This document shows, piece after piece, positions 8,736-18,258 of a stretch of 38,087 nucleotides of DNA (position 1 is the first letter of the stretch; each line of letters begins with the position of its first letter). The position numbers and the translations under genes are program-made. Location: NCBI GenBank assembly GCA_039208735.1, contig JBCCQY010000083.1:1-38087 (forward strand). The letters run 5' to 3'. Below the pieces are notes generated by a model. That model saw only the letters and a program-made list of their open reading frames with translations, had not been told where the DNA came from and did no database searches. This DNA is from Myxococcota bacterium (lineage in GTDB: Bacteria; Myxococcota_A; UBA796; GCA-2862545).

Positions 8736-10310
8736 ATGGAGCCAGAGTTGAAGGAGGGCATTGGTCCCAACCTTCGGTACGATCTGCCTGCGGGAGTCGT
8801 GGTCTTCCTGGTCGCGCTGCCCCTTTGCCTTGGCATTGCGCTGGCTTCCGACGCTCCGCTGCTCTCGGGTCTGGTCACCGGCGTCGTGGGTGGCCTCATC
8901 GTGGGGCCCTTGTCGGGATCGCAGTTGTCGGTGTCGGGACCCGCGGCGGGGCTCACGGTCCTTGTCGCAGGAGGTATCGCCGAACTTGGCGGGTTTGAAG
9001 CGTTCTTACCCGCCGTCATCTTGGCTGGCGTCATGCAGATTGTCTTGGGGCTGATGCGCGGAGGGGTGCTCGCCAACCTCTTCCCCTCGTCGGTGATTGA
9101 GGGCATGCTCGCCGGGATTGGCGTCATCTTGATTCTCAAGCAGATTCCCCACGCTCTCGGCCGGGACGTGGACTACGAAGGCGACGTTCACTTCTGGCTC
9201 TTGGGCGAACAGTCGAACACGCTGACCGAGATCGTGACCGCCTTCCAGACGGCTTCACCAGGCGTGGTCATCGTGAGCGCATCGTGCTTGGCCGTGTTGA
9301 TTCTCTGGCAGCAACCCTGGATCGCCAACCAAGCCTGGTCACGACTGGTTCCTGGTCCCCTGGTGGCGGTGGGCTTGGGGATTGGACTGAATGCGCTCTT
9401 CCAGGCGGCGGCACCCTCGCTGTACATCTCAGCGGAAGACGGCCACCTCGTTCAACTCCCGATCATGGCGAGCAACGCCGAGCTTTGGGCGTCTCTGCCA
9501 AGCCCGGATTGGTCGGTGTTCCAGAGGTCGGAATTGTGGACCGTCGCGGCCACCATTGCCGCCGTCGCCTCCCTCGAGACACTGCTGTCGGTTGAGGCGG
9601 TCGACAAGTTGGATCCGTTCCGGCGGGTGTCCGACACGAATCGGGAGCTCTTCGCACAGGGCACGGGGAACGTCATCTCGGGCTTTCTGGGCGGATTGCC
9701 GATGACCGCAGTCATCGTTCGCAGTTCCACGAACGTGTATTCGGGCGGTCGAACGAGGAACGCGGCTTTCATTCACGGGATTTTTCTTGGCGGACTGGTG
9801 ATCGCCGTGCCGTGGTTGCTGAATCAGATTCCGTTGGCCGCCTTGGCTGCGGTGCTGCTGACGGTTGGCTACAAACTGGCCCGCATTTCGCTGTTCCAAC
9901 GCATGTACCGCGCGGGCGCCGACCAGTTCATTCCATTCGTCGTGACGGTGACCGTCACCGTCTTCTCGGACCTGTTGACCGGGGTGCTGGTCGGCTTGGC
10001 GGTGGGGATTGTGATGGTCATCATCACGAACTTCACGACGGCGATTTCGGTGGTGCAGGACGAAAACACGTGGCGGGTGGAGTTCACCAAGGATGTGAGC
10101 TTCCTCAACAAAATGCGCCTTCGCACAGTGCTAAGCGAACTCCCGCGGGGGGCGGAGGTGGTCATTGATGGCACCCAAGCCACGTTCATTGACCACGATA
10201 TCTACGATACGATCGAGGACTTCGAGGAGTCGGCCAAGTACCGCGAGATCACGGTGGAGACCATCAACCTGGACTCGAAGGACCACCCCATTCGATTGCC
10301 GGGAGGCTGA
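8736..10310 (+). CDS. SulP/SLC26 family inorganic anion (bicarbonate/sulfate) transporter
   Basis: DLPAGVVVFLVALPLCLGIALAS, VSGPAAG, NRELFAQGTGN, PMTAVIVRSS, many TM helices, short STAS-like C-terminus. GGAGG RBS. Confidence 0.92.
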   Translation: MEPELKEGIGPNLRYDLPAGVVVFLVALPLCLGIALASDAPLLSGLVTGVVGGLIVGPLSGSQLSVSGPAAGLTVLVAGGIAELGGFEAFLPAVILAGVMQIVLGLMRGGVLANLFPSSVIEGMLAGIGVILILKQIPHALGRDVDYEGDVHFWLLGEQSNTLTEIVTAFQTASPGVVIVSASCLAVLILWQQPWIANQAWSRLVPGPLVAVGLGIGLNALFQAAAPSLYISAEDGHLVQLPIMASNAELWASLPSPDWSVFQRSELWTVAATIAAVASLETLLSVEAVDKLDPFRRVSDTNRELFAQGTGNVISGFLGGLPMTAVIVRSSTNVYSGGRTRNAAFIHGIFLGGLVIAVPWLLNQIPLAALAAVLLTVGYKLARISLFQRMYRAGADQFIPFVVTVTVTVFSDLLTGVLVGLAVGIVMVIITNFTTAISVVQDENTWRVEFTKDVSFLNKMRLRTVLSELPRGAEVVIDGTQATFIDHDIYDTIEDFEESAKYREITVETINLDSKDHPIRLPGG

Positions 10311-10313
10311 TTC

Positions 10314-10940
10314 GTGGAGCGGACCCTTTACTTTGTCCGTCATGGCGAGACCGATTGGAATGCCGAGGGTCGCATTCAGGGCCGGAACGAATCCGAATCG
10401 CAGTTGACGGCGCGCGGTGAGGCCCAAGCAGAAGTCAACGCGCGCACGGTTGCCGAACTCGGGGTCGATGCCATCGTGGCGTCGCCCCTGCTAAGGACCC
10501 GACAGACCGCAGCGTTCGTGGCGGCGGCGACGGGGCTTCAGCCTGCGTTCGATGAACGGTTGGCCGAGTGGGACGCCGGAGCGTGGTCGGGTTGGCTCTA
10601 CACGGAAGTCCGTGAGAAGTGGCCTGAGGGTTTTGCGGCCTGGCGGGCCGACATGTGGAACGTGCGGTCCCCTGACGGAGAAAACTTCGTCGACCTGATC
10701 GACCGGGGGCGTCCCGCCATCGAGGCGATCTTGGCTCGCGACGATGCGCGGGTGGCGATCGTAAGCCATGGGTTTATCGGACGGGTTCTGATCGGCGACC
10801 TCCTCGGACTCGAACGCGAAGAAATCCTGCGGATGCGTCCCGCAAACGACACGTTCTACCGCCTGCGTCGCCGCGATGGGGCCTGGCGGGTGGATCGGTT
10901 CGAGCAAGGCAAGGGGCCGCTCGACGGACTTTTTGCCTGA
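10314..10940 (+). CDS. Histidine phosphatase (phosphoglycerate mutase-like) family protein
   Basis: RHGETDWN, SPLLRTRQTA, LAEWDAG, IVSHG motifs. Starts 3 nt after the SulP stop. Confidence 0.9.
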   Translation: MERTLYFVRHGETDWNAEGRIQGRNESESQLTARGEAQAEVNARTVAELGVDAIVASPLLRTRQTAAFVAAATGLQPAFDERLAEWDAGAWSGWLYTEVREKWPEGFAAWRADMWNVRSPDGENFVDLIDRGRPAIEAILARDDARVAIVSHGFIGRVLIGDLLGLEREEILRMRPANDTFYRLRRRDGAWRVDRFEQGKGPLDGLFA

Positions 10941-10991
10941 CGATCGAAGGCGGGCGGTACGATACGGGTTCCGGCCTTGAGAGGTTCTTTC

Positions 10992-11978
10992 GTGTTGCAG
11001 CTGCTCACCCTCGTCGTGGCGGGGTGTTCCTCCGAGCCTGGCCTGGGCCAGGCCCCTGACCCGGTCGCCCTCGACGAAACCGCGGAGCCGCAAGGCGAGA
11101 TTCAGGTCGACACGTTTGTCCAAGCCACGGTTCCCACGAGCGATGTGCTGTTCGTGGTCGACAACTCCTGTTCGATGGAGAACGAACAAAGCGCGTTGGG
11201 GGGGAACTTCTCGTCGTTCCTCGACGTCATGTTTGCCTCGGAGATCGATTTTCACATCGGTGTGGTTGCGACCGACATGACGGATCCCGATCACCAAGGT
11301 CGACTCCGGTCGAGCGGCGAGTACCGATGGATCGATCCCGAAACCCCGGACGCGGCCTTGCGCTTTGCGAGCATGGTGGGTCTCGGCATCGACGGAGATC
11401 CACAAGAACGGGGCCGAGCGGCGGCGTTCACGGCGCTTGAGGTCCTGGCCGACGGGTGGAACCAGGGGTTCTTGCGACGCGACGCGAGCCTACATCTTGT
11501 CGTGGTGAGCGACGAAAACGACGCCTCTGGCCCAGAGCCCATCGGCCGGGACGAATTTGTCGGCTACTTGCGGGGTCTCAAGGTCGCGCCGTTCACCACG
11601 ACGTTTTCGTCGGTGGTGGGCCCTAAGGGCGCACAGCTTGGCCCCTTCAGCCCTTGCTCGGCGGAGTACGGCGCAGAGTACCTCGCCGTCACCGATGCCG
11701 TAGGGGGACTCGACCAGTCGATCTGTGAGGAAGATTGGGGCGCGCTTCTCGGTGAACTCGGCTCGGTTGCATCTGGCCTTCGCACCGAATTTTTCCTCAC
11801 GCGCCGCCCCGTGCCCGAGAGCATTTCCGTCGAGGTGGAGCGGGATGGCGAACTCGAGGAGTTCGAAGGACCACGGAGCGGCTGGATCCACCAGGCCCGC
11901 CGCAATCAGGTGGCATTCGTGGGGTACCTCCCCCCCGAGGGAGCCATCGTTCGCGTACGCTACGAGATTGAAGAGTAG
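10992..11978 (+). CDS. vWA (MIDAS) domain lipoprotein, myxobacterial type
   Basis: Lipobox VVAGC, DVLFVVDNSCSM (DxSxS), FLRRDASLHLVVVSDEND, C-terminal beta module. GAGG RBS before GTG 10992. Confidence 0.85.
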   Translation: MLQLLTLVVAGCSSEPGLGQAPDPVALDETAEPQGEIQVDTFVQATVPTSDVLFVVDNSCSMENEQSALGGNFSSFLDVMFASEIDFHIGVVATDMTDPDHQGRLRSSGEYRWIDPETPDAALRFASMVGLGIDGDPQERGRAAAFTALEVLADGWNQGFLRRDASLHLVVVSDENDASGPEPIGRDEFVGYLRGLKVAPFTTTFSSVVGPKGAQLGPFSPCSAEYGAEYLAVTDAVGGLDQSICEEDWGALLGELGSVASGLRTEFFLTRRPVPESISVEVERDGELEEFEGPRSGWIHQARRNQVAFVGYLPPEGAIVRVRYEIEE

Positions 11979-12032
11979 AGGCCGGTTTGCGGATTTGGTA
12001 GTGTGGTAGGGTCCAAGAACATCGCGGAGTTG

Positions 12033-12929
12033 ATGATGATTTTGCTCTTGGCCCTTGGCTGCAACGAAGATCCGAGCCTCCGGACGCTTCCCCGACGGCA
12101 GCCCGACCCCGTCCTACCCGCGGGCACCGGCTCCACGTTCCCTGAAACCACGACGACGCCTGAAGACACCGGACTCGTGGCGGATACGGGAGGACCAAAC
12201 ATACCAGGGACGGGATTGTTGATCCCTCCGCCCTCCATCGCCACCGAGTCGTCGTGGTGCTTCACCATTGCCCCGATTGGTAGGGAACTCGGCATCTTTG
12301 TGGTGGGCATGGACTCGGGAACGATCGAAGAGTTCGGTCGTTACGGCCAGATAGGGAGCTCGAACATTCGGACGGGAGGGTTTGCTTACAACGGTCGCGA
12401 CGAGCTGGTGATTTCCGAATCCCGGATGGGCTTCTACGTCGTAGACCTCGATCTGCAGACTCACACCTACACGTCAAGCGCCGCTGCGCTCGACTCCGTC
12501 ACCTTCTACGACCACCAGTACCTGACCTACGACATCAATCGGCAAGGCCATCGGTATTCGACAAGCGCCGATGTGGTCGCCGACAACATTTCTGATTTTG
12601 TACCAGAGACCGGTTGGTTCACCCGATCGCAAGTACGCGGCAATCTCGTCTTTGGCGCATGGCACGCCACGGACGCCATCGAGGTTTGGGACGTGGCCAC
12701 GGGCCAAGAGGAACCGACGATCTTCCTTGAAGATTATGACACGTGGGTTTGGGGGATTGGGATCAGCGGCACGTATCTGCACGTGCTTGATGATGGGCGA
12801 GAGATTCTTCCGACCTGGACCCCGCGACTCGCGCGGTTCGACATGAACGGAGCGGCGGTCAACTACGTCCACCTCGATGGTGTGAATTGGGATGATGAGC
12901 CCAAAGGCCTTTGGTGCGATGGTCCATAG
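12033..12929 (+). CDS. Hypothetical lipoprotein, probable beta-propeller
   Basis: MMILLLALGC lipobox, Thr/Pro linker, then repeated blade-like beta motifs (FYVVDLD, IEVWDVATG, LARFDMNG). Fold is inferred. Confidence 0.65.
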   Translation: MMILLLALGCNEDPSLRTLPRRQPDPVLPAGTGSTFPETTTTPEDTGLVADTGGPNIPGTGLLIPPPSIATESSWCFTIAPIGRELGIFVVGMDSGTIEEFGRYGQIGSSNIRTGGFAYNGRDELVISESRMGFYVVDLDLQTHTYTSSAAALDSVTFYDHQYLTYDINRQGHRYSTSADVVADNISDFVPETGWFTRSQVRGNLVFGAWHATDAIEVWDVATGQEEPTIFLEDYDTWVWGIGISGTYLHVLDDGREILPTWTPRLARFDMNGAAVNYVHLDGVNWDDEPKGLWCDGP

Positions 12930-12971
12930 GGGCAATCCCGCGTTACCCGACGGCATCGGACCGGAGGCGGG

Positions 12972-14957
12972 ATGCTGTGGTGGTTGCTGGTCGCGTGTAC
13001 GCCTAAGCCGTTGGAAAGCGAATCCGATCGGGATGGGGACGGGGTCGTAGCCCGAGAGGATTGCGACGACAACGACCCGTTGGTGTTTCCTGGCGCAAGT
13101 GAAGCCTGCAATGAGCGCGACGACGACTGCGATGGCTCCGTGGACGAGGACTTTGCGTGGCTCGTCGATGAAGACGGGGACGGGTTTGGCAGCGGTACGC
13201 CCCAGGTATTCTGCGAGCCTCCGGGGGAGGGGTGGGCGCAGGGACCGGAGGACTGCGACGATACCGATGCCACGATTGCCCCCGACCAAATCGAACGGTG
13301 CGATGGCGTCGACAACGACTGCAACAGTCTGGTCGATGATGCAGAGGTGATGGTGACACGAGGCACAACCGGGTTTTCGTCACTGGATGAGGCCTTGGCA
13401 AGTGCGGAAGCCTCCACGACGCTTGGCCTTTGCCCCGGCGAGCACCCGCTTACCCAAGGGCTGACGATCGCCAATGGAGAGGCCTGGACCTGGATAGGAG
13501 CCGGGCCCGAGGTGGTCTCGGTGCTTCCGGCTACCGACGTCACGGCTGTCACCTTGCAGGACGGAGCCTTCACGCTGAATGGGATTGAGATCAAGGGAGC
13601 CCAAGCGACCGTCGTGCAGGTGGACGGGGCCGGGGACGTCGAGATTACAGGCAGCCGTTTTACGGAAAATGGGCAGATCCTCAGGATCCCTGAGAAGGCA
13701 GGGGCGACCACGTTCTCGGCTCGAAGCACGACGTTCGTGCGGAATGTGGCCGATGCGACCCTCATCGACGCCGATGCGCCCGTGATGAACGTGGAGTTCC
13801 GCGATTGTGCGTTCACCGCGAACGAGGCTCGGCTGGATGACCTGCCATTGATCTCGGTTTGGTCCAATATCAAGCGAGAAGCCAGCCTCCTCGTTGAAAA
13901 CACCACGTTCGACGACAATCGCACCCATCGGGGAAAAGGCTACGGCGAACCCTTGGTACCGATTCTCGATGCGCTGTGGCTGTCTCAGGTGACGGTGCGC
14001 GACACGACCTTCGAGAACAACGTAGGGGGAGGGATTGAGGCCTCGCTGTGCACCGATGTGGACCTGACCCGAGTGTCGCTCCAGGGACGCGACTTTTCGG
14101 GAGGGTTGCCTGGACCCGTCACCGACCGGGATGTGTATGCGACCGCACTGCGCCTGGACATCCTCGATACCATCCGGCTCGATAACGTCACCGTCGAAGG
14201 GTTTACGTCGCCGGTCAGTGGAGGGGCCATCCTCTGCACCATCTGCCGGTCGATCGACATGATCGACACGGTGCTCCATTTCAATCGAGCCCTTCAGCGG
14301 GGCGGGGGCCTTTGGTGCTTCAATTGCGGAGACATCAATCTGCAGGGAGATTGCGTTTTCTCCGATAACGAGGCCCAGGAAGGTGGCGGCGCTGCGTTCG
14401 TTCGTGGGGAGATTTTCGACTTCGCCACGACCTTGATCGAGCGGAATGTCGCGGAACGTGGCGGAGGCCTCTACATCGACCGGACGGAGTGGCTGGCGGA
14501 TTTTGGGTCGCGGGTCCATGACAACGTCGCGTCGGAATCTGGAGGCGGCATCTACGTGCAGGAGAGTGGGGCGTCCTTCACGTCGTTCGCCAATTTCGCG
14601 ATTACCGAAAACGAAGCGCCAAACGGTGGGGGCGTCTTCGTGGATTTTGGTGCAGCCGAGTTTGCGACGATGCAAATCGAGGGCAATGTCGCGGAGCGCG
14701 GGGGAGGCATCTACGTGGAAAGCGAGCAGATGGTGTCGTTCAATGGCGGCACGGTGGCGGGAAATCAAGCCATGCTCAACGGTGGGGGACTGTTCCTTGG
14801 GGTCTCGGCCGATCTGACAGCCCTCAAGACGGATTTCGACTCCGCGGCCGGTGCGAACACCCCAGACGACATCTCGGCGTTTGGCACGCCCTTCAGTGTG
14901 GACCCCGGGGCGACGGTCTTTTGCGAGAGCCCCTCCTGCACGATCACAGTGCCGTAA
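12972..14957 (+). CDS. Lipoprotein with two MopE-type Cys/Asp metal-binding repeats and a parallel beta-helix with Pmp-like repeats
   Basis: MLWWLLVAC, two DCDD..CN/D..D.DC repeats, about 8 N.A..GG[AG] repeats in the C-terminal third. GGAGG RBS. Confidence 0.82.
   Translation: MLWWLLVACTPKPLESESDRDGDGVVAREDCDDNDPLVFPGASEACNERDDDCDGSVDEDFAWLVDEDGDGFGSGTPQVFCEPPGEGWAQGPEDCDDTDATIAPDQIERCDGVDNDCNSLVDDAEVMVTRGTTGFSSLDEALASAEASTTLGLCPGEHPLTQGLTIANGEAWTWIGAGPEVVSVLPATDVTAVTLQDGAFTLNGIEIKGAQATVVQVDGAGDVEITGSRFTENGQILRIPEKAGATTFSARSTTFVRNVADATLIDADAPVMNVEFRDCAFTANEARLDDLPLISVWSNIKREASLLVENTTFDDNRTHRGKGYGEPLVPILDALWLSQVTVRDTTFENNVGGGIEASLCTDVDLTRVSLQGRDFSGGLPGPVTDRDVYATALRLDILDTIRLDNVTVEGFTSPVSGGAILCTICRSIDMIDTVLHFNRALQRGGGLWCFNCGDINLQGDCVFSDNEAQEGGGAAFVRGEIFDFATTLIERNVAERGGGLYIDRTEWLADFGSRVHDNVASESGGGIYVQESGASFTSFANFAITENEAPNGGGVFVDFGAAEFATMQIEGNVAERGGGIYVESEQMVSFNGGTVAGNQAMLNGGGLFLGVSADLTALKTDFDSAAGANTPDDISAFGTPFSVDPGATVFCESPSCTITVP
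13059..13340 (+). repeat. Two intragenic Cys/Asp-rich repeats (13059-13148 and 13251-13340)
   Basis: DCDDNDPLVFPGASEACNERDDDCDGSVDE and DCDDTDATIAPDQIERCDGVDNDCNSLVDD. Confidence 0.85.
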
Positions 14958-15044
14958 TCGCCTTGGTATGCCGAACTGGCGAGGAACTCCTCCGGTCTCG
15001 TGGTATACCAGGCGGGTTCTGACCAACGCGGTACAGGAGGCCGA

Positions 15045-15785
15045 ATGTTCGGGTGGTTCGCGGCGATCGGGTGTAGCATTCCCCTTCAGCCGTGCGAAGC
15101 CAGCTCAGAGTGTATGGAAGCGTTTGGTGAAGGTTGGACCTGTGGGATGGCCGGCATGTGTATCGCGCCGCCTCCCGACTCTGAATCGATGATGGAAACG
15201 GGCCGACCGATGGATTCGGGAAATGATCCCGACGATACCGGTACGAAGCCCGAGCCTGCCCCCTTCATCATCAACGAAGTGCTCTACGATCCGCCGAACA
15301 CCAAAGGCGAACCACCGCCGGGCGATGCCAACGGCGATGGCAAATACGTGCACGACGATGACGAGTTCGTCGAACTCATCAATGTGTCCGCCGAACGCGT
15401 CGATGTTTCTGGCTATATGCTTTACGATCAACAGGCTTGGGACCTAGGACAACCACGGCACCGCATCAAGACGGGCACGTTCTTGGACCCTGGGGGCGCT
15501 CTTGTCGTCTTCGGTGGAGGTGCGCCGACCGGGAAATTTGGGGATGCCGAGGTTCAGGTTGCCACGGGGGGCCGGCTTAACCTCAACAATGCAAACGACA
15601 CGCTTTTGATTGCGAATCCCCAGGGCCAAATCGTCTTGTCGTTTGAGATTACGCCGCGTTCCGACAACCCGAATGAGTCGTACACCCGCAACCCCGACAT
15701 TGTAGGACCGTTCGAGCAGCACGCAGCGAGCACGCCCCTGTTGTTTTCACCCGGAACGCGAGTCGACGGGTCACCCTTCTTGTAG
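15045..15785 (+). CDS. Lamin-tail-domain (LTD) lipoprotein
   Basis: AGGAGG 15035-15040, MFGWFAAIGC, small Cys-rich module, INEVLYDP..GDANGDG..DEFVELIN..LNLNNAND. Confidence 0.82.
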   Translation: MFGWFAAIGCSIPLQPCEASSECMEAFGEGWTCGMAGMCIAPPPDSESMMETGRPMDSGNDPDDTGTKPEPAPFIINEVLYDPPNTKGEPPPGDANGDGKYVHDDDEFVELINVSAERVDVSGYMLYDQQAWDLGQPRHRIKTGTFLDPGGALVVFGGGAPTGKFGDAEVQVATGGRLNLNNANDTLLIANPQGQIVLSFEITPRSDNPNESYTRNPDIVGPFEQHAASTPLLFSPGTRVDGSPFL

Positions 15786-16580
15786 TCAAAAGGCCCAGGT
15801 GACCTCAACCGTGGCCTGGGGATTCTTGCCCCCCGCCGCAAACAAGGTCACCCCCGAGAGGATGCCGACTCCCGCGACGCCCAACGCGATTCCCGAGATC
15901 GTGCCGAACTGCTCGGCGCGGTCGATTTCGACCGGGGTGTTTTCGGGACAGAGGAATCCTTGGTCGAGTTCGAGGCAAGTCTCGAGCACGCGACGACGGC
16001 TCTGGTAGGCGAGGCCTCCAAGGACTGCGCTGGCGACCAGGGCGGTCCCCCCCACCACAAGGAGCGTCGCTCCCGCGGCGGTTCGCCCAGAACTGCGGTT
16101 GGAGCCAGAGCCTGCATCCTCAGCGGCTACCGCCCGCATTTCGAGGGTCGAGGCTTTGCGGGAAAGCTGCTCTTGCTTTTCGGGCGAGAGTTCGGCCTGG
16201 GCGCGGTAGCGGTTGAGCAGCTCAAGTGCCTTGCTGTAGTTCCCGAGGCGCTCGTAGGCGTTGGAGAGATTGAAGAGAAGACCCGACCGTTGGCTTAGCC
16301 CGTAGCTGGTCTCCCAGGCTTCGATGGCCGCCTCGTAGGCTCCCTCATCGTAAAGGCGTTTGCCGTTGGTGAAGAGCACCTTCGCTCGCTCCAGCATCAC
16401 TTCGGGGTCGGGGGCCTCGGGTTCGGGTGCGGGTTCCGTTTCGGGGTCCGGTTCAGGAGGGTCGGACGTCTCTGGGGGCGCGGGCTCTAAGGGATCCTCT
16501 GGAGCCTCGTCGGCCGAAGGTGGATCTGCGGGCTGGGCACGAACTGCATCGAACGCCAAAAGGGCGCCAAGGAGCCACAT
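15786..16580 (-). CDS. Exported TPR protein with C-terminal hydrophobic segments
   Basis: Signal peptide, Pro/Glu linker, TPR helices (AKVLFTNGKRLYDEGAYEAAI, LLFNLSNAYERLGNYSKA), two hydrophobic stretches, ends VEVTWAF. Starts 2 nt after the kinase stop. Confidence 0.8.
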   Translation of the reverse strand: MWLLGALLAFDAVRAQPADPPSADEAPEDPLEPAPPETSDPPEPDPETEPAPEPEAPDPEVMLERAKVLFTNGKRLYDEGAYEAAIEAWETSYGLSQRSGLLFNLSNAYERLGNYSKALELLNRYRAQAELSPEKQEQLSRKASTLEMRAVAAEDAGSGSNRSSGRTAAGATLLVVGGTALVASAVLGGLAYQSRRRVLETCLELDQGFLCPENTPVEIDRAEQFGTISGIALGVAGVGILSGVTLFAAGGKNPQATVEVTWAF

Positions 16581-16582
16581 CG

Positions 16583-18091
16583 TTATTCCTCTGTTCCGAA
16601 GGGGTCGATGATTTCCTGTTCGTCGATACGCCAATCCTCGTTCGGTGGGGGCGTCGACGGTTCGGGAACGGGGTCCGGAGCGGGCTCGGGAGCCGGTTCA
16701 GGTGCCGGCTCGGGAGCGGGCTCGGCCGGTCTTGGATCCGGAAGCTCCACGCCAGAGGGCGGGTCCGGGGGGGGCAGGGGAGCGGGGGGCGTTTGGGGCG
16801 CCTTTGCGCGGACCGGGCCGACCTCCGCTTCGGCTTCGGGCGCTGCTTCCGGCTCTGGTTCCTTGGAGGGTTCAGGCGAAAGGGCCTCGGCACGGGGCGC
16901 AACCGGGAGCGAAGGCGTTCCAGGCACCAGAGGGTCTTCGGTTCGGTCGAGGAAGAGCAGGACAGCCACGGTGAGCGCGAGCGCCAAAGCGGCGAACAGC
17001 GAACTCGAAGCGATGAGGAACCACAGGGATCGCTCGCTCGGTCCCGCAACCGCAGCCGGGGGGGCCATGCGGGTCGCGATAGCGGGAGCGGCGAGGGCCG
17101 CATCTTGTTCAAGGCGAGCCCAGTGCTCCTCCCGCTGGGGGAATGTCACCGTGAGCCACGTACGTACATCACGGCTTCCCGCCAGGGTCAGGCCCGGGGG
17201 CATGCCCAATTCAAGGCGCTCCTGAAACCAGGCGGCTGAACAACGGTCGGAGGGGTCGCGTTTCAGCGCGCGCCCCACGACGTCGTCGAGTTCGGGAGGC
17301 ACCGAGTGATTGAAGGCACTGGGAGGAGGGATCGTTCGCTCAAGCACGGCCCGCATGCGGTCGACTTCGTTGGATGCGCCGAACAACCGTCGGCGGGTGA
17401 GCATCTCCCACAACACGATGCCAAGCTGGAACACATCGGAGCGGGGGTCGTCGTGGGAGCCCGAGAGCTGCTCCGGGGCGAGGTGGTCGGTCTTCCCCTT
17501 CAAGATCCCGCTATGGGTGACTTGGCCGTCCGCTTGCGTGGTCGCAATTCCGAAATCCAGCAGCTTTACCGCGCCATTGTAGCAAACCATGACGTTGGAA
17601 GGGGAGACGTCTCGATGAACGATGGGAGATGCTTGGCCGTCCTTCGAGCGGTGGCGATGAGCATGATCCAGGCCTGCCGCCACTTGCGCTGCGATGTAGC
17701 AGGCGATCGGAACGGGAATCCCTCGGGGTGAATCTGCCAAAGCGGCAATGAGAAACGCCACCGTCTCTCCCCGGAGGTACTCCATGACGATGAAAGGGCC
17801 GGACTCGTCTCGGCCCACGTCGAGCGTGCCCACGATGTTGGGATGGTTTAGCGACGCGGCAATTCGAGCTTCTTTAAGAAAAGAATCGGCCACCCGATCA
17901 TCCGAGGTGACCCAGCCCAACATCCGCTTAAAAGCTACGTGTTTTTCGAATCCGCCCGGGCCTTCTTGAACCGCCAGGTATACGCTGGCCATACCCCCGG
18001 AACCAATCTTCTCACCCAGCCTGAACGCGGCCACGAGGCCCCCTCGAGTGTCGTTGAAGCTGCCATTCCGTCTGTGAGAATGCAAGGTCAT
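16583..18091 (-). CDS. Transmembrane Hanks-type Ser/Thr protein kinase
   Basis: IGSGGMA, VAFK, FLKEAR, HRDVSPSN, DFG, APE, SDVF, one TM helix, Pro/Glu-rich extracytoplasmic tail. Start is ATG 18091 or GTG 18034. Confidence 0.92.
   Translation of the reverse strand: MTLHSHRRNGSFNDTRGGLVAAFRLGEKIGSGGMASVYLAVQEGPGGFEKHVAFKRMLGWVTSDDRVADSFLKEARIAASLNHPNIVGTLDVGRDESGPFIVMEYLRGETVAFLIAALADSPRGIPVPIACYIAAQVAAGLDHAHRHRSKDGQASPIVHRDVSPSNVMVCYNGAVKLLDFGIATTQADGQVTHSGILKGKTDHLAPEQLSGSHDDPRSDVFQLGIVLWEMLTRRRLFGASNEVDRMRAVLERTIPPPSAFNHSVPPELDDVVGRALKRDPSDRCSAAWFQERLELGMPPGLTLAGSRDVRTWLTVTFPQREEHWARLEQDAALAAPAIATRMAPPAAVAGPSERSLWFLIASSSLFAALALALTVAVLLFLDRTEDPLVPGTPSLPVAPRAEALSPEPSKEPEPEAAPEAEAEVGPVRAKAPQTPPAPLPPPDPPSGVELPDPRPAEPAPEPAPEPAPEPAPDPVPEPSTPPPNEDWRIDEQEIIDPFGTEE
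16660..16725 (-). repeat. 12-bp-period coding repeat (EPAP)n in kinase tail
   Basis: Encodes AEPAPEPAPEPAPEPAPDPVPEP, with synonymous variation between units. Confidence 0.75.
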
Positions 18092-18258
18092 CCTGGAGTG
18101 CAGGCGATTGCTCAATCTCAGCTGAAGCGTATTGGCTTGGATCGAACTCCGACTTCGAAGGTCGGAGGATGACGCTTGATGGTGTGGCAACCTGAGGTTG
18201 ACGGGAATTCAGGATCGATGGCGGTGCCGCAACCGGGTGCTTTCAGCGGTGCGTTCTG

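Noticed and set aside
16400..16900. Repetitive GC-rich tract as a CRISPR array or VNTR
   Set aside because: It encodes Pro/Glu linkers within the kinase and TPR genes. No constant repeat with unique spacers and no cas genes.
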